A DNA stretch of 64,000 nt from an uncultured Corynebacterium sp. (GTDB lineage: Bacteria; Actinomycetota; Actinomycetes; Mycobacteriales; Mycobacteriaceae): assembly GCF_946222985.1 (NCBI RefSeq), contig NZ_CAMIFY010000002.1, positions 21,938 through 85,937 on the forward strand, in the 5' to 3' direction. The translations under genes were made by a program, and so were the position numbers. The notes under the pieces were generated by a model. That model saw only the letters and a list, made by a program, of their open reading frames with translations. It was not told where the DNA came from and did no database searches. Positions within the stretch are counted from its first letter, which is position 1; every line of letters starts with the position of its first letter. Positions 28,315 through 40,344 of this stretch are shown here, in pieces.

Positions 28315-29007
28315 TCAGGCCCCGAGGGCTTCCACGATCTTCTCGGCCGTCTTCTTCGCCGACGTCGGATTCTGGCCGGTGATCAGATTGCCGTCGACCA
28401 CCGCGTACGGCGCGAACGGGATCGGCGTCTTGGCGTAGTTTGCGCCGCGCGACTTGATCTCGGCTTCCACGTCATAGGGAACGAGCTTGGACACACCCGC
28501 GACGACCTCTTCGCGCCAGGAAAAACCGGTCAGGGCGCGACCATCGACCAGGTGGGAGCCGTCGGAAAGCGTCGTTTCCAACAAACCGCAGTAGCCGTGG
28601 CACACGGAGCCGACGACGTCACCGCGCTCGAAGATCTCGCGGGTCAGGCGCTGCAGGCCCTCGCTGCCGGGGAAGTCGAACATGACGGCGTGGCCACCGG
28701 TGAAGTAGATGGCGTCGAAATCCGCCGAATCGACGTCGTCGGGGGAGGCGGTGTCGGCGAGCAGCGCCATCTTGGCCGGGTCGTCGTGCCACGCCTTGGC
28801 CGAGGAATCGTAGAACGGGAACTTCAGCGACCGCGGCTCCAGCGGAACCTTGCCCCCGGCGGGGCTGACTAGCGTCTGCTCGAACCCGTGCTCGGCGAAG
28901 ACGTCCCATGCGTGGGTGAGCTCCGACAGCCACAGGCCGGTCGGGTGCGACGGGTCGGATTCGTAGTGGTCGACGTTGGTGACGACGTGGAGGATGCGCT
29001 TGGTCAT
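28315..29007 (-). CDS. DJ-1/PfpI (type 1 glutamine amidotransferase-like) family protein
   Basis: Nucleophile elbow GSVCHGY, class I GATase fold, 230 aa. Confidence 0.75.
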   Translation of the reverse strand: MTKRILHVVTNVDHYESDPSHPTGLWLSELTHAWDVFAEHGFEQTLVSPAGGKVPLEPRSLKFPFYDSSAKAWHDDPAKMALLADTASPDDVDSADFDAIYFTGGHAVMFDFPGSEGLQRLTREIFERGDVVGSVCHGYCGLLETTLSDGSHLVDGRALTGFSWREEVVAGVSKLVPYDVEAEIKSRGANYAKTPIPFAPYAVVDGNLITGQNPTSAKKTAEKIVEALGA

Positions 29008-29074
29008 GGGAACTCCCGGGGATCGGTTGTGGAGTGGTGGGTTGTTCGAGTCGTGGGGTGTTCGGGGTGGTGAG

Positions 29075-29659
29075 TCAGGCGGGGTTGAAGTGGGGTTGGA
29101 AGACGGCGAGGAATGACGAACGGACGCGCTCGTCGATCTCGGCGGGGTCGTGATTGTCGAGCTTGCCGTCGAGGTGGAGGAAGGCCAGCCCGTGCGCCAG
29201 GGCCCAGCCGGAGGTCGTCAACGGCTCGGGGTCGGCCTCGGGCAACACGGCCGTGACTGCGTCGGCCAGCATGTCGTGCAGGGCACCGGCCGCGCGCACC
29301 CGCTCGTCGTCGCGGTCGTCGCATTCGCGGCCGAACATCAACTTGAAACCGGCGGGATGGCGCAGTGCGAAACGGACGTAGATCACGCCGAATTCGGCGA
29401 TGTCCGCCACGGTGGCAGGCGGCGACGGGAGGGCGGACAGGGAAGCGCCGAGCTCACGGAAACCCTCGACGGCGATGGCCGTCTCCAGGGCCTCGCGGTC
29501 ATCGAAGTGGCGATACGGGGCGGTCGGGGAAACTCCGGCGCGCCGGGCCAGCGCTCGCAGCGAGAAGTTCTCGCCGGCTTCGAGCATCTCGATGGCGTTG
29601 GAGATCAACGCCGCACGCAGGTCCCCGTGGTGATAGCGCGTCTTCAGTTCCTTCGGCAT
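29075..29659 (-). CDS. TetR/AcrR family transcriptional regulator
   Basis: N-terminal HTH YHHGDLRAALISNAIEML ... FSLRALARRAGVSPTAPYRHF; ATG 29659. Confidence 0.85.
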   Translation of the reverse strand: MPKELKTRYHHGDLRAALISNAIEMLEAGENFSLRALARRAGVSPTAPYRHFDDREALETAIAVEGFRELGASLSALPSPPATVADIAEFGVIYVRFALRHPAGFKLMFGRECDDRDDERVRAAGALHDMLADAVTAVLPEADPEPLTTSGWALAHGLAFLHLDGKLDNHDPAEIDERVRSSFLAVFQPHFNPA

Positions 29660-29850
29660 GCGGCGGGGTCCTCCTTCTGCGAACGATGTCGTCGCTCCAC
29701 GATAACCGCCGACGATGATCGGCCGTTTTCGGAGATCGCTCCCGGGCGGTTGGGCGGGAGGTTCGTGGGATGGTTGCGGGGTGTTCACGGGCGCCGCGGG
29801 CGTCGTGGGCGCCGTGGAGCGCCGTGGATCGACATGGGTACGCCGTCGAA

Positions 29851-31119
29851 TCAGCGACGGGCGGCCAGCCAGCGCCGGTAGCGACGCAGGGCCCGGCGTT
29901 GGCGCAGGGCTTCGCCGGTGTAGGCGAGAAGGGGGTGGATGGAGGGCCGGGTGGGCTTGCTCGCGCCCACGCGCCGCAGCTGATGGCGGATGCGGGCCAT
30001 GGACAGGGCCGAGGCCACGGCCTTGTCCTTCATCGACACCGGGGTCAGCTCCACCTCGGCGTCCGGGTCGTGGCGCCACGTGTCGGGCAGGTCCGGGTCG
30101 ACGGCGAGGGCGCTGCCGATGCCCACGACGTCGACGCCTTCGGCCAGCGCGCGTTCGGCGACGTCCCGGCGGGTGATGCCGCCGGTCAGCATCAGCGGCA
30201 GGGGACTCGTTTCGGCCAGTTCGGTGGCCAATTCGAGGAAGTACGCCTCCCGGGAACGGGTTCGTTCGTCGCCGGATTGGCCGGTCATCGCGGGGCTTTC
30301 GTAGCTGCCGCCGCTGAGCTCGACGAGATCGACGCCGAGGGGTTCGAGCATCGCGATGACGCGCCGGGCGTCGTCGGAATCGAAACCGCCCCGCTGAAAG
30401 TCGGCGGAGTTGAGCTTCACGGCGACCGCGAATTCCGGGGCTACTTCCGCGCGGACCGCGCGGACGACGTCGAGGAGAAGTCGGGCACGGTTGTCGAGCG
30501 AGCCGCCCCACTCGTCGGTGCGGCGATTGCTCAGCGGGGACAGGAACTGCGACAGGAGGTACCCGTGGGCGGCATGGACCTCGACGCCGTCGAATCCCGA
30601 TTCCTGGGCCAGGCGGGCGGTGGTGGCGAACCGGGCGATCGTCTCGCGGATCTGCGCCTCCGTCATCGCGGTGGGTTCGGCGAATCGGCCGCTGTTCCTG
30701 CCGATGTCGATGCGTTGCGCCGACGGGGCCCAGGCCACGCCCGGCATGCCGGCTTCGACTTGGCGGCCCGGGTGATTGATCTGCATCCAGACCGCGGCGC
30801 CGCCGCTCTTGGCGTCGGCCGCCCAGCGTCGGTACGGCTCCAACGGGGAGCGCTCGTCGAGGACGACGCCGGCCGGGCCGGTCATCGCGGCGTCGTGGAC
30901 CATGACGTTGCCTGTGATCAGCAGCCCGGCGCCGCCGTGGCCCCAGGTGCGGTACAGGGTGCGCAGCTCATCGCCGGGCAGTTGGCCGGGGGCGGCCATG
31001 TTCTCCTCCATCGCGGCTTTGGCGATGCGGTTGGGCAGCGTGGAACCGTTGGGGAGGGTGAGGGGTCGGAAGATGGGCGAGGTGGCGTCGGTGTCGTCGC
31101 CGGAATGTGTGCGGTGCAT
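29851..31119 (-). CDS. NADH:flavin oxidoreductase / Old Yellow Enzyme family
   Basis: OYE TIM-barrel motifs (MQINHPGRQ, HAAHGYLLSQFLSP, RTDEWGGS); ATG 31119; co-directional with downstream TetR. Confidence 0.8.
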   Translation of the reverse strand: MHRTHSGDDTDATSPIFRPLTLPNGSTLPNRIAKAAMEENMAAPGQLPGDELRTLYRTWGHGGAGLLITGNVMVHDAAMTGPAGVVLDERSPLEPYRRWAADAKSGGAAVWMQINHPGRQVEAGMPGVAWAPSAQRIDIGRNSGRFAEPTAMTEAQIRETIARFATTARLAQESGFDGVEVHAAHGYLLSQFLSPLSNRRTDEWGGSLDNRARLLLDVVRAVRAEVAPEFAVAVKLNSADFQRGGFDSDDARRVIAMLEPLGVDLVELSGGSYESPAMTGQSGDERTRSREAYFLELATELAETSPLPLMLTGGITRRDVAERALAEGVDVVGIGSALAVDPDLPDTWRHDPDAEVELTPVSMKDKAVASALSMARIRHQLRRVGASKPTRPSIHPLLAYTGEALRQRRALRRYRRWLAARR

Positions 31120-31275
31120 ACATTGGAACGTAGGTTGATGAGTGAGCATTGTCAACATCGTGTCGCGGATCCGGTGCGCGGCATTGTGCCGCGCACCGGA
31201 ATCCACGCCCGGCCATGGTCGCGCAGGCGGTGCGTGCGGGGGTTTTTCGGGCGTGGGGCCGCTACGACTGGGCCG

Positions 31276-32076
31276 TCAGTTCGACGGCTGCTCCCGCGCC
31301 TCGCGGCTGCGGATCAGTCGGGGAGCGGTGGTGAACAGCAGACCGCCGAGGATGTTGAGCGGGATGACCCACCAGATCCACCCGAGCCAATCCAGGTAGC
31401 CGATGCCGGGGGCGTCGGCGTGGATGGCGCCGAAGATGATGATCGAGTCGAGCACCGAGTGGAACAGCGACGCCCCGGTGAGGATGAACGCGCCGGTCAC
31501 GGACGCGGCGATGATCGCGCTGGGGTTGTCCGTCCCGGCGTGCATCCTGGTCATCAGCGTGATGGCCAGGCCCGCGAGCACGGCCAGTGCCGCGCCCTGC
31601 CAGCTCAGGCCGATGTCGAGGAAATGGTGCGCCTTCTCGGTAAGCTTCGGCACCAGCTCGGGCAGTCCGACGACGACCAACCAGATGGTGAGCCAGCCGC
31701 CGACGAGGTTCGACAGCAGCGTCACCACCCACAGGCGCACGAGTTCGGTCCACGTCCCGCGGCCGTCGAAGATCGCCATGAACGGGTAGTAGAACCCCTC
31801 GGTGAACAGCTCGGAATGCGCGAGGTAGAGGGCGATGAATCCGACGGAGAACGCCAGTCCAGCCAGCAGCGGGCTGCCGGTTTCGTGCAGCGTGAGGATG
31901 TACGCCAGGACGCCCACGGAAATCTCGACGCCACCGAGGAAACCGGTGGTGATGAGCGCGCGCCAAGATCGGTGCAGGCGTTCGGCCCCTTCTTCCGTGG
32001 CGGCCGAGTAGGTCTCTTCGACGGGATCTTCGACGCCGTCGACGTGATGGTCATGGGTGTGCTGATGTTCCGGCAT
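31276..32076 (-). CDS. formate/nitrite transporter (FNT) family channel
   Basis: Six TM segments, FNT-like LAHSELFTEGF motif, His-rich N-terminus. Confidence 0.7.
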   Translation of the reverse strand: MPEHQHTHDHHVDGVEDPVEETYSAATEEGAERLHRSWRALITTGFLGGVEISVGVLAYILTLHETGSPLLAGLAFSVGFIALYLAHSELFTEGFYYPFMAIFDGRGTWTELVRLWVVTLLSNLVGGWLTIWLVVVGLPELVPKLTEKAHHFLDIGLSWQGAALAVLAGLAITLMTRMHAGTDNPSAIIAASVTGAFILTGASLFHSVLDSIIIFGAIHADAPGIGYLDWLGWIWWVIPLNILGGLLFTTAPRLIRSREAREQPSN

Positions 32077-32224
32077 GGGACCTCGAATCGTGGATGGGTC
32101 CTTCGATAGTAAACGCCCGTCACGACCGGGAATGCGCTCGGTGGCGCATCGGGTGCGCGCACCCCGTCACCGCGGCACGGTCGTGGTCATCGGGTCGCTT
32201 CCGTCGCCGCTTCCGCACCCGCCC

Positions 32225-33301
32225 TCACCCCGTGAACGGTGGCGCGTGGGTGAGCGTGTCGTCGAGGCCGCGGCGGCGCAGTTCGGCGCGGGCGCGTTCG
32301 AGGCCGCCGTGCTCGAGTGCGGCGAGCGAAGTCGTGCCCGTCCACACGTGCTTGCCGAACCGCGACACCGTGACCTTCAGGTCGCCGACGAGATGCTCCA
32401 GATCGCCGGGGGTGTTGCGATGCTCGGAGGGCAGGGGCACGGGCAACACGAAGGCCTGGTCGAGGGGCGCGGAGGCCTCGACCTCGATGCGCCAGCCGAA
32501 GCCACGGCCCGACAGCCGCCATTCCTCGTCGGAGGTGGTCGTGGTCACGGGGCTGACGACGGGGTCGCCCAGGCGCACGACGCGCCCGTCGGGAAGCATG
32601 ACCACCAAAGCCGTGACCTCCACCTTCAAGGGCCCTGAGGTGACCAGGCCTCCGGCGAACGCCAGCGACGCGCCGGGTTCGTCGAACCCCTGCGCCTGCC
32701 CCCACCACCACGACTCCGGGAAGCCCTCACGGCCCCAGTTCTTCTCCGAATAGACCTGGGCGCCGTCGAACTCCCAGGTCTCGTCGCCGATCGTCGCGAT
32801 GCCCGACGCGCGGCCGCCCGGCAGCCACGGGTGCCAGTACTGGTTGAGGGCCGGGATCGACTGGAAGACGCTCGACCCACCGGCCAACCGGTGCGGCCAC
32901 GGGGCCAGATCGTGGAAGGTGACGTCGAGCTTTGCATCGTCGCCGAGGTTGACGTGCAGCTCGCGGTCGTTGCCTTCGAATGCCGCGGCACCCGCGCCGC
33001 CTGCGTCTCCGCCGTCCGAACCGGAGAAACCGCCCCGCACGCCGAGGCCATCCGGGTCCGTCCACGAACCGTCGAGGGCTTCCGTTCGCACGAAACCGTT
33101 GGGCCACGACGCCAGGCCGATCGTCGACCACGTTCCTTCCGGACCCTCGTTCGCGCCGCACAGGGCGATGACCACCCTCCCGGTGTCCGGGTCGGTGATG
33201 CGCCAGAAGTATCCCTCCATGGCGACGCCGCGATGTGCGCGCCGGGGATCCCCGAAGAGGGGATCGGCGCCGGTGGAACGGTATCGGTCTAGGATGCCCA
33301 T
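32225..33301 (-). CDS. tocopherol cyclase-like family protein
   Basis: Trp-rich beta protein resembling bacterial tocopherol-cyclase-family hypotheticals (EGYFWRITDP ...); assignment from memory of family pattern only; ATG 33301. Confidence 0.4.
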   Translation of the reverse strand: MGILDRYRSTGADPLFGDPRRAHRGVAMEGYFWRITDPDTGRVVIALCGANEGPEGTWSTIGLASWPNGFVRTEALDGSWTDPDGLGVRGGFSGSDGGDAGGAGAAAFEGNDRELHVNLGDDAKLDVTFHDLAPWPHRLAGGSSVFQSIPALNQYWHPWLPGGRASGIATIGDETWEFDGAQVYSEKNWGREGFPESWWWGQAQGFDEPGASLAFAGGLVTSGPLKVEVTALVVMLPDGRVVRLGDPVVSPVTTTTSDEEWRLSGRGFGWRIEVEASAPLDQAFVLPVPLPSEHRNTPGDLEHLVGDLKVTVSRFGKHVWTGTTSLAALEHGGLERARAELRRRGLDDTLTHAPPFTG

Positions 33302-33399
33302 GCCGTCAGTGAAGCACGGGGGAGGGCATCCGGGAAGGGGGCGGCGCGAAAACTCAAGGAGGAGAAATAACCGCTTCTCTTCGCCCGTACACTGCGGGC

Positions 33400-34641
33400 A
33401 TGCGACGACTTCTCGCCCTGACGGCCGCCGCTTCACTTCTGTTGGCGGCGTGCTCCGATGATTCCGGCGGGCCCGGAGGCGCGTCCGACGCCGATTCCGC
33501 CGGTGGGACCGGGGCCGCATCGCCCGATCGTGCGGGCGGCGATGGTGGCGACGGTGGGGCCGGCGTCGTCGGCGAGGTGTCCGAGGACTTCACCGTCACC
33601 GAGCAGGGGACCTTCGATGAAGGCTGGGCGATGGCGTTTCTGCCCGGCACGGATCATCTGCTGATCACCGAGCGCGGCGGCGGGTTGAAGTTGCGGAACC
33701 AGAACTCCGGCGAGGTCGTCGACGTCGCCGGCGCCCCGGAGGTCCACGCCGCGGGCCAGGCGGGAATGCACGACGTCATCCCCGGCCCGACGTTCGACGA
33801 GGACGGCACGGTCTACCTCAGCTGGGTGCGCGATGACCCCGACGGTGCGCAGGGCGTCGTGGGGCGGGGGAGGCTGGACGTCGACGGTGGGCGGTTGAGC
33901 GACCTCGACGTCATTTGGGAGCAGACCCCCGCTGCGGGAGACGGACACCTGTCGTTGCGGATGCTCGTCCAGGGCGAGCATCTGTTCGTCACGTCCGGCG
34001 ACCGACAGGAATTCACGCCGGCGCAGGACACGTCCGACAACCTGGGGTCCATCGTCCGGCTCACCCTCGACGGCGAGCCCGCGCGGGGCAATCCGTGGGC
34101 GGGGGAGGGCGGTTCGGAAAACGGTGCGGAAAACGGCGCCGCCCCGGAGAACAAGGCCGCCGAATTGTGGACCATCGGCCACCGCAATCCTCTGGGCATC
34201 GCCGAGGACGTCGACGGCAACATCTGGTCGTCCGAGATGGGTCCGCAGGGCGGCGACGAGCTCAACCGCATCGACGCCGGCGCGAACTACGGCTGGCCGG
34301 AGGCATCCATGGGCGTCCATTACGACGGTGAGGACATTCCCGACCACGCCGACGGTGACGGCTTCACCGCTCCGGAAGCGCATTGGGTGCCCGCGATTTC
34401 TCCCGGCAACCTGATGATCTACCGCGGCTCGCTTTTCGACGGCTGGTCCAACTCCGCATTGCTCGGTGGATTGTCCGGGCAGAAGATCGTCCGCGTCGAA
34501 CTCGACGGCGATGCCGCGACCATCGCCGAAGAGTGGGACATGGGCGAGCGCATCCGCGCCATCGACGAGGCCCCGGATGGTTCGCTGTGGGTCCTCGAAG
34601 ACGGCGCCGGCGGCCGGCTGCTGGAGCTCCGCCCGAAGTGA
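33400..34641 (+). CDS. PQQ-dependent sugar dehydrogenase-like beta-propeller lipoprotein
   Basis: Lipobox LLLAACSDD, soluble glucose/sorbosone dehydrogenase family blocks (WTIGHRNPLGIA, GGDELNRIDAGANYGWP). Confidence 0.7.
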   Translation: MRRLLALTAAASLLLAACSDDSGGPGGASDADSAGGTGAASPDRAGGDGGDGGAGVVGEVSEDFTVTEQGTFDEGWAMAFLPGTDHLLITERGGGLKLRNQNSGEVVDVAGAPEVHAAGQAGMHDVIPGPTFDEDGTVYLSWVRDDPDGAQGVVGRGRLDVDGGRLSDLDVIWEQTPAAGDGHLSLRMLVQGEHLFVTSGDRQEFTPAQDTSDNLGSIVRLTLDGEPARGNPWAGEGGSENGAENGAAPENKAAELWTIGHRNPLGIAEDVDGNIWSSEMGPQGGDELNRIDAGANYGWPEASMGVHYDGEDIPDHADGDGFTAPEAHWVPAISPGNLMIYRGSLFDGWSNSALLGGLSGQKIVRVELDGDAATIAEEWDMGERIRAIDEAPDGSLWVLEDGAGGRLLELRPK

Positions 34642-34649
34642 CCGGGCGG

Positions 34650-35261
34650 CTAGGAGCTGACGCCCAGCACCGTGCCGATCGTGGCGTCGTCGCCGAGCAC
34701 GTCGAGCATGCAGGCGGCGAGGTCGGCGCGCGGGATCGACCCGGACAGCGTGCCCTCGTCGGAGACCTCGAGCGCGCGCCACGTTCCGGTGGCGGGCTTG
34801 TCCTTCAAGCCGGTGGGGCGCACGACGGTCCAGTCCAGGCCGGAGGCGAAGACGGTGGCTTCCTGCCGGTCGTGGTCGGCGAGCGGCTTGGCCAGCACGG
34901 CCTTCATCAGCACCCGCAACAGCGCGGGCATCTGGGATCCGGAATCGCCGGCGCCCAAGGACGACTGGACGACCAGGCGACGCACGCCCGCGTCCTTCAT
35001 CGCCGCGATGGCGGCTTCGGTGACCTTCGTCCGCTGGTGCTCGACGCCCTTCGCACCGCCGACGGTGACGACCACGGCGTCGGCGCCGGTGATCGCCTCG
35101 CGCACGACGTCGACGTCGGTGGCGTCGCCCGCGACGATCGTCGCGCCGGCGGGGCCCGTGCCGCTGCGGGAGACGACGGTGACGTCGTGGTCGGCGGCCA
35201 TCGCCACCGAGGCCAACTGGGCTCCGGTGCCCTGCGAACCGCCGATGATGGTGATCTTCAC
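34650..35261 (-). CDS. NAD(P)H-binding protein (NmrA/atypical SDR-like)
   Basis: N-terminal Rossmann KITIIGGSQGTGAQL; GTG start 35261. Confidence 0.65.
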   Translation of the reverse strand: MKITIIGGSQGTGAQLASVAMAADHDVTVVSRSGTGPAGATIVAGDATDVDVVREAITGADAVVVTVGGAKGVEHQRTKVTEAAIAAMKDAGVRRLVVQSSLGAGDSGSQMPALLRVLMKAVLAKPLADHDRQEATVFASGLDWTVVRPTGLKDKPATGTWRALEVSDEGTLSGSIPRADLAACMLDVLGDDATIGTVLGVSS

Positions 35262-35402
35262 GTGTGCTCTCCCGTGGTTGCTGATTGGTCGCCGAATCGG
35301 GCGTAATCTGCCAGGGTAATCGGGCCCCCGGGGCGTCGTCGACGTGGCCGTCGCAAAGCGGCGCCGGGGCCCGGCGAACCCGACCGACGCGAGCGAAGGA
35401 CG

Positions 35403-36491
35403 ATGATGAGCGACGCCGATGCGACCATGCGATCGGACTGGAGCCGCATCTGGCGGCTCGGCCCGCCGGTGATGCCCGTGGCCGACCGGTTGCGCCTGGG
35501 CATGCCGACGATCCTCATCCTCGTCGTCGGCGCTTTGATGGGCCGCTACCTCGACGCGTTGCTGGTGGGTCTGGGCACGTACACGGTGCTCTTCGGCGGC
35601 ATCCCGGGGCGGCGTCATCGCGCGATCGTCATGGCGGCCGGGGGCGTCGGATTGGTCGCGGCGGTCAGTGCGGGAGTGGCGGTCGCCGGTTCCCTGCCCT
35701 GGACGCTGGTGGCCTTCGTCGGTGCGTCGTTGCTGGCGGTGGTCCTTGATTCGGCGGTGCGGTTGGGCCCGCCGGGCCCGTACTTCTTCACGCTGATGGT
35801 CGGTGGCGGCGGCATCATCGGCATCGCGGGGTTCACGGTCGCCGACGTCGTGCCGCAGTTGGCCGCCGGCGCCGTCGTCGCCTTCGTCGCCGCGGTGGCG
35901 GGCGCGGATCGTCCCGAGCCCACCGCGGGCGACGGGGAGGGGACCGAGTCGCTTGACGACGGACCCGCGTCGACGTCGTCACGCGTTTTCTCCGACGTGC
36001 TCGCTCGCCTGACCTGGCCGCACCCGGACTCCGTGACGTTCGTCCGCGTGGTGGTGGCCACCCTGGTGACGTTCGCCGCCCTGACCCTGGCCAACGACTC
36101 GCACCCGTTCTGGGCCGTGCTGGTCGTCGTGCTGGTGCTGTCGTACCCCGGCGACCAGGGCACGCTGATGCTGCGGACGTTCCATCGCGTCGTCGGCACC
36201 GCGATCGGGTTCTTCGCGTTCTGGGCGTGGACCCTCGTCGCCCCGCCGGCGTGGGTCGCGTTCGTGGCCATCGGCGTGCTGCTGTGGATCACCATGGGGC
36301 TGGCGCCGCGCAACTACGGCTACGCCTGCGTCGCCATCACGCTGCTGGCGCTGCTGATGACGCAGGCCCTGATGCCCGACGCCCCGCCAGGTCAGCTGGC
36401 CACGGCGCGCGTGATCGACACCGTCGTCGGTGCCGTCGTCGCGATCGGGTGCATGCTGCTGATCCGGCCGTGGGGGCGGGTGCGGGCCTAG
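35403..36491 (+). CDS. FUSC family protein (aromatic acid exporter-like inner membrane protein)
   Basis: Multi-TM protein with FUSC-like architecture, 362 aa. Confidence 0.55.
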   Translation: MMSDADATMRSDWSRIWRLGPPVMPVADRLRLGMPTILILVVGALMGRYLDALLVGLGTYTVLFGGIPGRRHRAIVMAAGGVGLVAAVSAGVAVAGSLPWTLVAFVGASLLAVVLDSAVRLGPPGPYFFTLMVGGGGIIGIAGFTVADVVPQLAAGAVVAFVAAVAGADRPEPTAGDGEGTESLDDGPASTSSRVFSDVLARLTWPHPDSVTFVRVVVATLVTFAALTLANDSHPFWAVLVVVLVLSYPGDQGTLMLRTFHRVVGTAIGFFAFWAWTLVAPPAWVAFVAIGVLLWITMGLAPRNYGYACVAITLLALLMTQALMPDAPPGQLATARVIDTVVGAVVAIGCMLLIRPWGRVRA

Positions 36492-36901
36492 AGCGAGGCC
36501 TGCATGAGGATGAACATCCCGGCCAGCACAAACGCCACGCCCGCGGCGCCGAGCAGTCCGTTGAGCAGGAACCGGGGGTCGGCCTGCCGGGGCACGCGGA
36601 CCCGGCCGGGCTCGCCGTCGTCGGTCGGCGGATCGATGTCGACCTCGATGACCTGGCCGACGCGGGAGGCGGCGAAGTTGCTGTAGAAGGTGTCGGTGAC
36701 CCGGCGCACCGTGCCGTCGCGGTCGGTGACCTCGAGGACCAGGGCGCGCAGATCATCGCCCGGGCGGCCGATGGAGCCGGTGACGGCGGCGGTGGTGCGG
36801 AAACGGCGCTGGTCGCGCTGCCATCGCAGGGCGGCCCACCCCACCGCCGCCGCGATCGCGACGACGCCGATGGCCAGCAGCACCGAGGCCACGAGCATCA
36901 C
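36488..36901 (-). CDS. DUF3592 domain membrane protein
   Basis: N- and C-terminal TM helices flanking beta domain typical of DUF3592. Confidence 0.55.
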   Translation of the reverse strand: MMLVASVLLAIGVVAIAAAVGWAALRWQRDQRRFRTTAAVTGSIGRPGDDLRALVLEVTDRDGTVRRVTDTFYSNFAASRVGQVIEVDIDPPTDDGEPGRVRVPRQADPRFLLNGLLGAAGVAFVLAGMFILMQASL

Positions 36902-36948
36902 CGATCACCTCCGTCGTCGTGGATCGAGCGTCGTTCAGCGCGTCGCCG

Positions 36949-37827
36949 TCAGGCTACCGCTCGCGCGGTCGTGCGCTTGGCGACGGCGGCGACGAGAACG
37001 ACGACGGCCGCGCCGGCGGCGGTCCACGTCAACAGTTGGCTGTCGAAGGTGCCCTCGGTGCGGGCGACGGCGACCCAGGCCAGGTCCCACGCCGTGGCCA
37101 GCGCGGGGGCGATGCGGCCGCCGTCGCGAATCGCGGCGAGCACCGCGACTCCCGCGGCGACGACGATGCCGACGACGCCGACGGAGATCTCCTCGAAGGC
37201 GGTGATGCCCTCGGCGGCGAAGGTGGCGTAGACGTTGGCGAACGTCGCCACGAGCACCCAGCCGAAGTACAGGCCGAAGGTGCCGTCGGTGAGCACGAGC
37301 TCGACGGCGCCGCCGGTGCGCGGGCGTCCCAGGACGTACATGATCCGGACGAGCACGGCGAGCAGCACGAGGATCACGGCCACCGACAACCAGAGGGCGT
37401 CGAGCTGGACGGTCCACAACCACGCGCCGTTGAGGAACGCGGACAGGATCGCCCACGGGCGCAGCACGCGCTGGCGCTCGGAACGGCGGGCGACGGGAGT
37501 CAGCTGCCAGATCGCGTAGGCGGCCAGTCCGACGTAGATGACGCTCCAGATGCTGAAGGCCGTCCCGGCCGGAGCCAGGGGAGTCGCGTCGGCGGACAGG
37601 GCGCCGCCGGCGGCCTCGGCGACGGGCGTGCCGCCGAGTGCGCCGCTGCCGATGAAGGCCATGACGATCGCGGCGGCGACGCCGACGACGGTGATGATGG
37701 CCATCGGCCAGGGGTTGTGGTCGGGGTCGTGGGTGGCGGAGCGATCGGGGTCGCGATCGGGTCCGCGGCCGGAACCGTCGTGCGGGTCGGAGTGGCGGGC
37801 GCTGTGGGCTGAGGCGTTGTTGTTCAT
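36949..37827 (-). CDS. TspO/MBR (tryptophan-rich sensory protein)-like membrane protein with His/Asp-rich N-terminal extension
   Basis: Trp-rich TM helices (FSIWSVIYVGLAAYAIWQ, LNGAWLWTVQ) resembling TspO; real start may be internal (MAIITVV). Confidence 0.45.
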   Translation of the reverse strand: MNNNASAHSARHSDPHDGSGRGPDRDPDRSATHDPDHNPWPMAIITVVGVAAAIVMAFIGSGALGGTPVAEAAGGALSADATPLAPAGTAFSIWSVIYVGLAAYAIWQLTPVARRSERQRVLRPWAILSAFLNGAWLWTVQLDALWLSVAVILVLLAVLVRIMYVLGRPRTGGAVELVLTDGTFGLYFGWVLVATFANVYATFAAEGITAFEEISVGVVGIVVAAGVAVLAAIRDGGRIAPALATAWDLAWVAVARTEGTFDSQLLTWTAAGAAVVVLVAAVAKRTTARAVA

Positions 37828-37873
37828 GTCGTTGTCCCAGCGTACGGAAAAAACACGAACCCCGTGAGTGGCG

Positions 37874-38761
37874 TTAACCTGCCGTCGGCAGATCCCCGCG
37901 GCGCTCCAGCTCCCCGCGGTACTTCGCCATCCCCCTGCGTCCCAGCGGCTCGAGCCGGGGCAGGACGTGCGGCAGCAGCCCCGGGGCCAGCATCGCGACC
38001 CGGGCCAGCCACCCGTCGACCCGATTGGGGAACACCTCGGGCACGTGGCGCCCGATCACGTCGATGACCCGCGCGGCGATGTCCTCCGGCGACTGCGGGG
38101 GACCGAGGAACTGCAGCGCATTGCCGTCTTCGGCGACCTCCCGCCACAGCATGGGCGTGTCCACGGAACTCGGCAGCACCGTCGTCACCGCGATGCGCTC
38201 GTCGCGCAGGCTCATCCCCAGCGACAGCATCGCCCCGCGCAGCCCGAATTTGCCGGCGGCGTAGACCGCCTGATCGGGCATCGGCATCACGCCGCCGAGC
38301 GAGCCGAGAACGATGACGTGCGAGCGCACCCTCTTGGCCCGAGGCCGAGCCCGCATCTTCGCTCGGGCCCGCGACTTCACCCGGGCCCGCGCGCGTGATT
38401 CGTCCAACCGTCCGTTGCGCAGCAGCGGCAGGGCCAAGCGCACCAGGTGCATGGGGGACGCCAGATTGACGGCGAGTTCGGCGTCGACGTCGTCGGTGGT
38501 GCGATCGGCGAAGTTCTCGTTCGACACCATCCCCGCCGCATGGACGAGGACGTCGATGCGTCCGTGACGGTGCGAGACGTCGTCAAGCAACGTCCGCAGC
38601 GACGCGGGATCCGAGACGTCGACGTCCGGCAGGTCGGCCTCGACGACGATCGCCCCGGCGTCTCTCAGCGTCGCGACCATCGCCGTGCCGATGCCGCCGC
38701 GCGCGCCCGCGACCACGGCGACGGCGCCGGTGAGATCGATGTCGCCTCGCGTGGGTGCCAT
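37874..38761 (-). CDS. SDR family oxidoreductase with basic Arg/Lys-rich insertion
   Basis: TGAVAVVAGARGGIG cofactor motif, YAAGK active site; 25-aa insert RARARVKSRARAKMRARPRAKRVRS; ATG 38761. Confidence 0.75.
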   Translation of the reverse strand: MAPTRGDIDLTGAVAVVAGARGGIGTAMVATLRDAGAIVVEADLPDVDVSDPASLRTLLDDVSHRHGRIDVLVHAAGMVSNENFADRTTDDVDAELAVNLASPMHLVRLALPLLRNGRLDESRARARVKSRARAKMRARPRAKRVRSHVIVLGSLGGVMPMPDQAVYAAGKFGLRGAMLSLGMSLRDERIAVTTVLPSSVDTPMLWREVAEDGNALQFLGPPQSPEDIAARVIDVIGRHVPEVFPNRVDGWLARVAMLAPGLLPHVLPRLEPLGRRGMAKYRGELERRGDLPTAG

Positions 38762-38792
38762 GGACGCACAGGTTACCGTCGGCCCAGGCTGA

Positions 38793-40289
<1,497 letters not shown>

Positions 40290-40344
40290 CGATCGGCGGG
40301 GACGGGCGGCGTCGCACAGCAGCCGTCGGCCGTAGCATGGTGAC

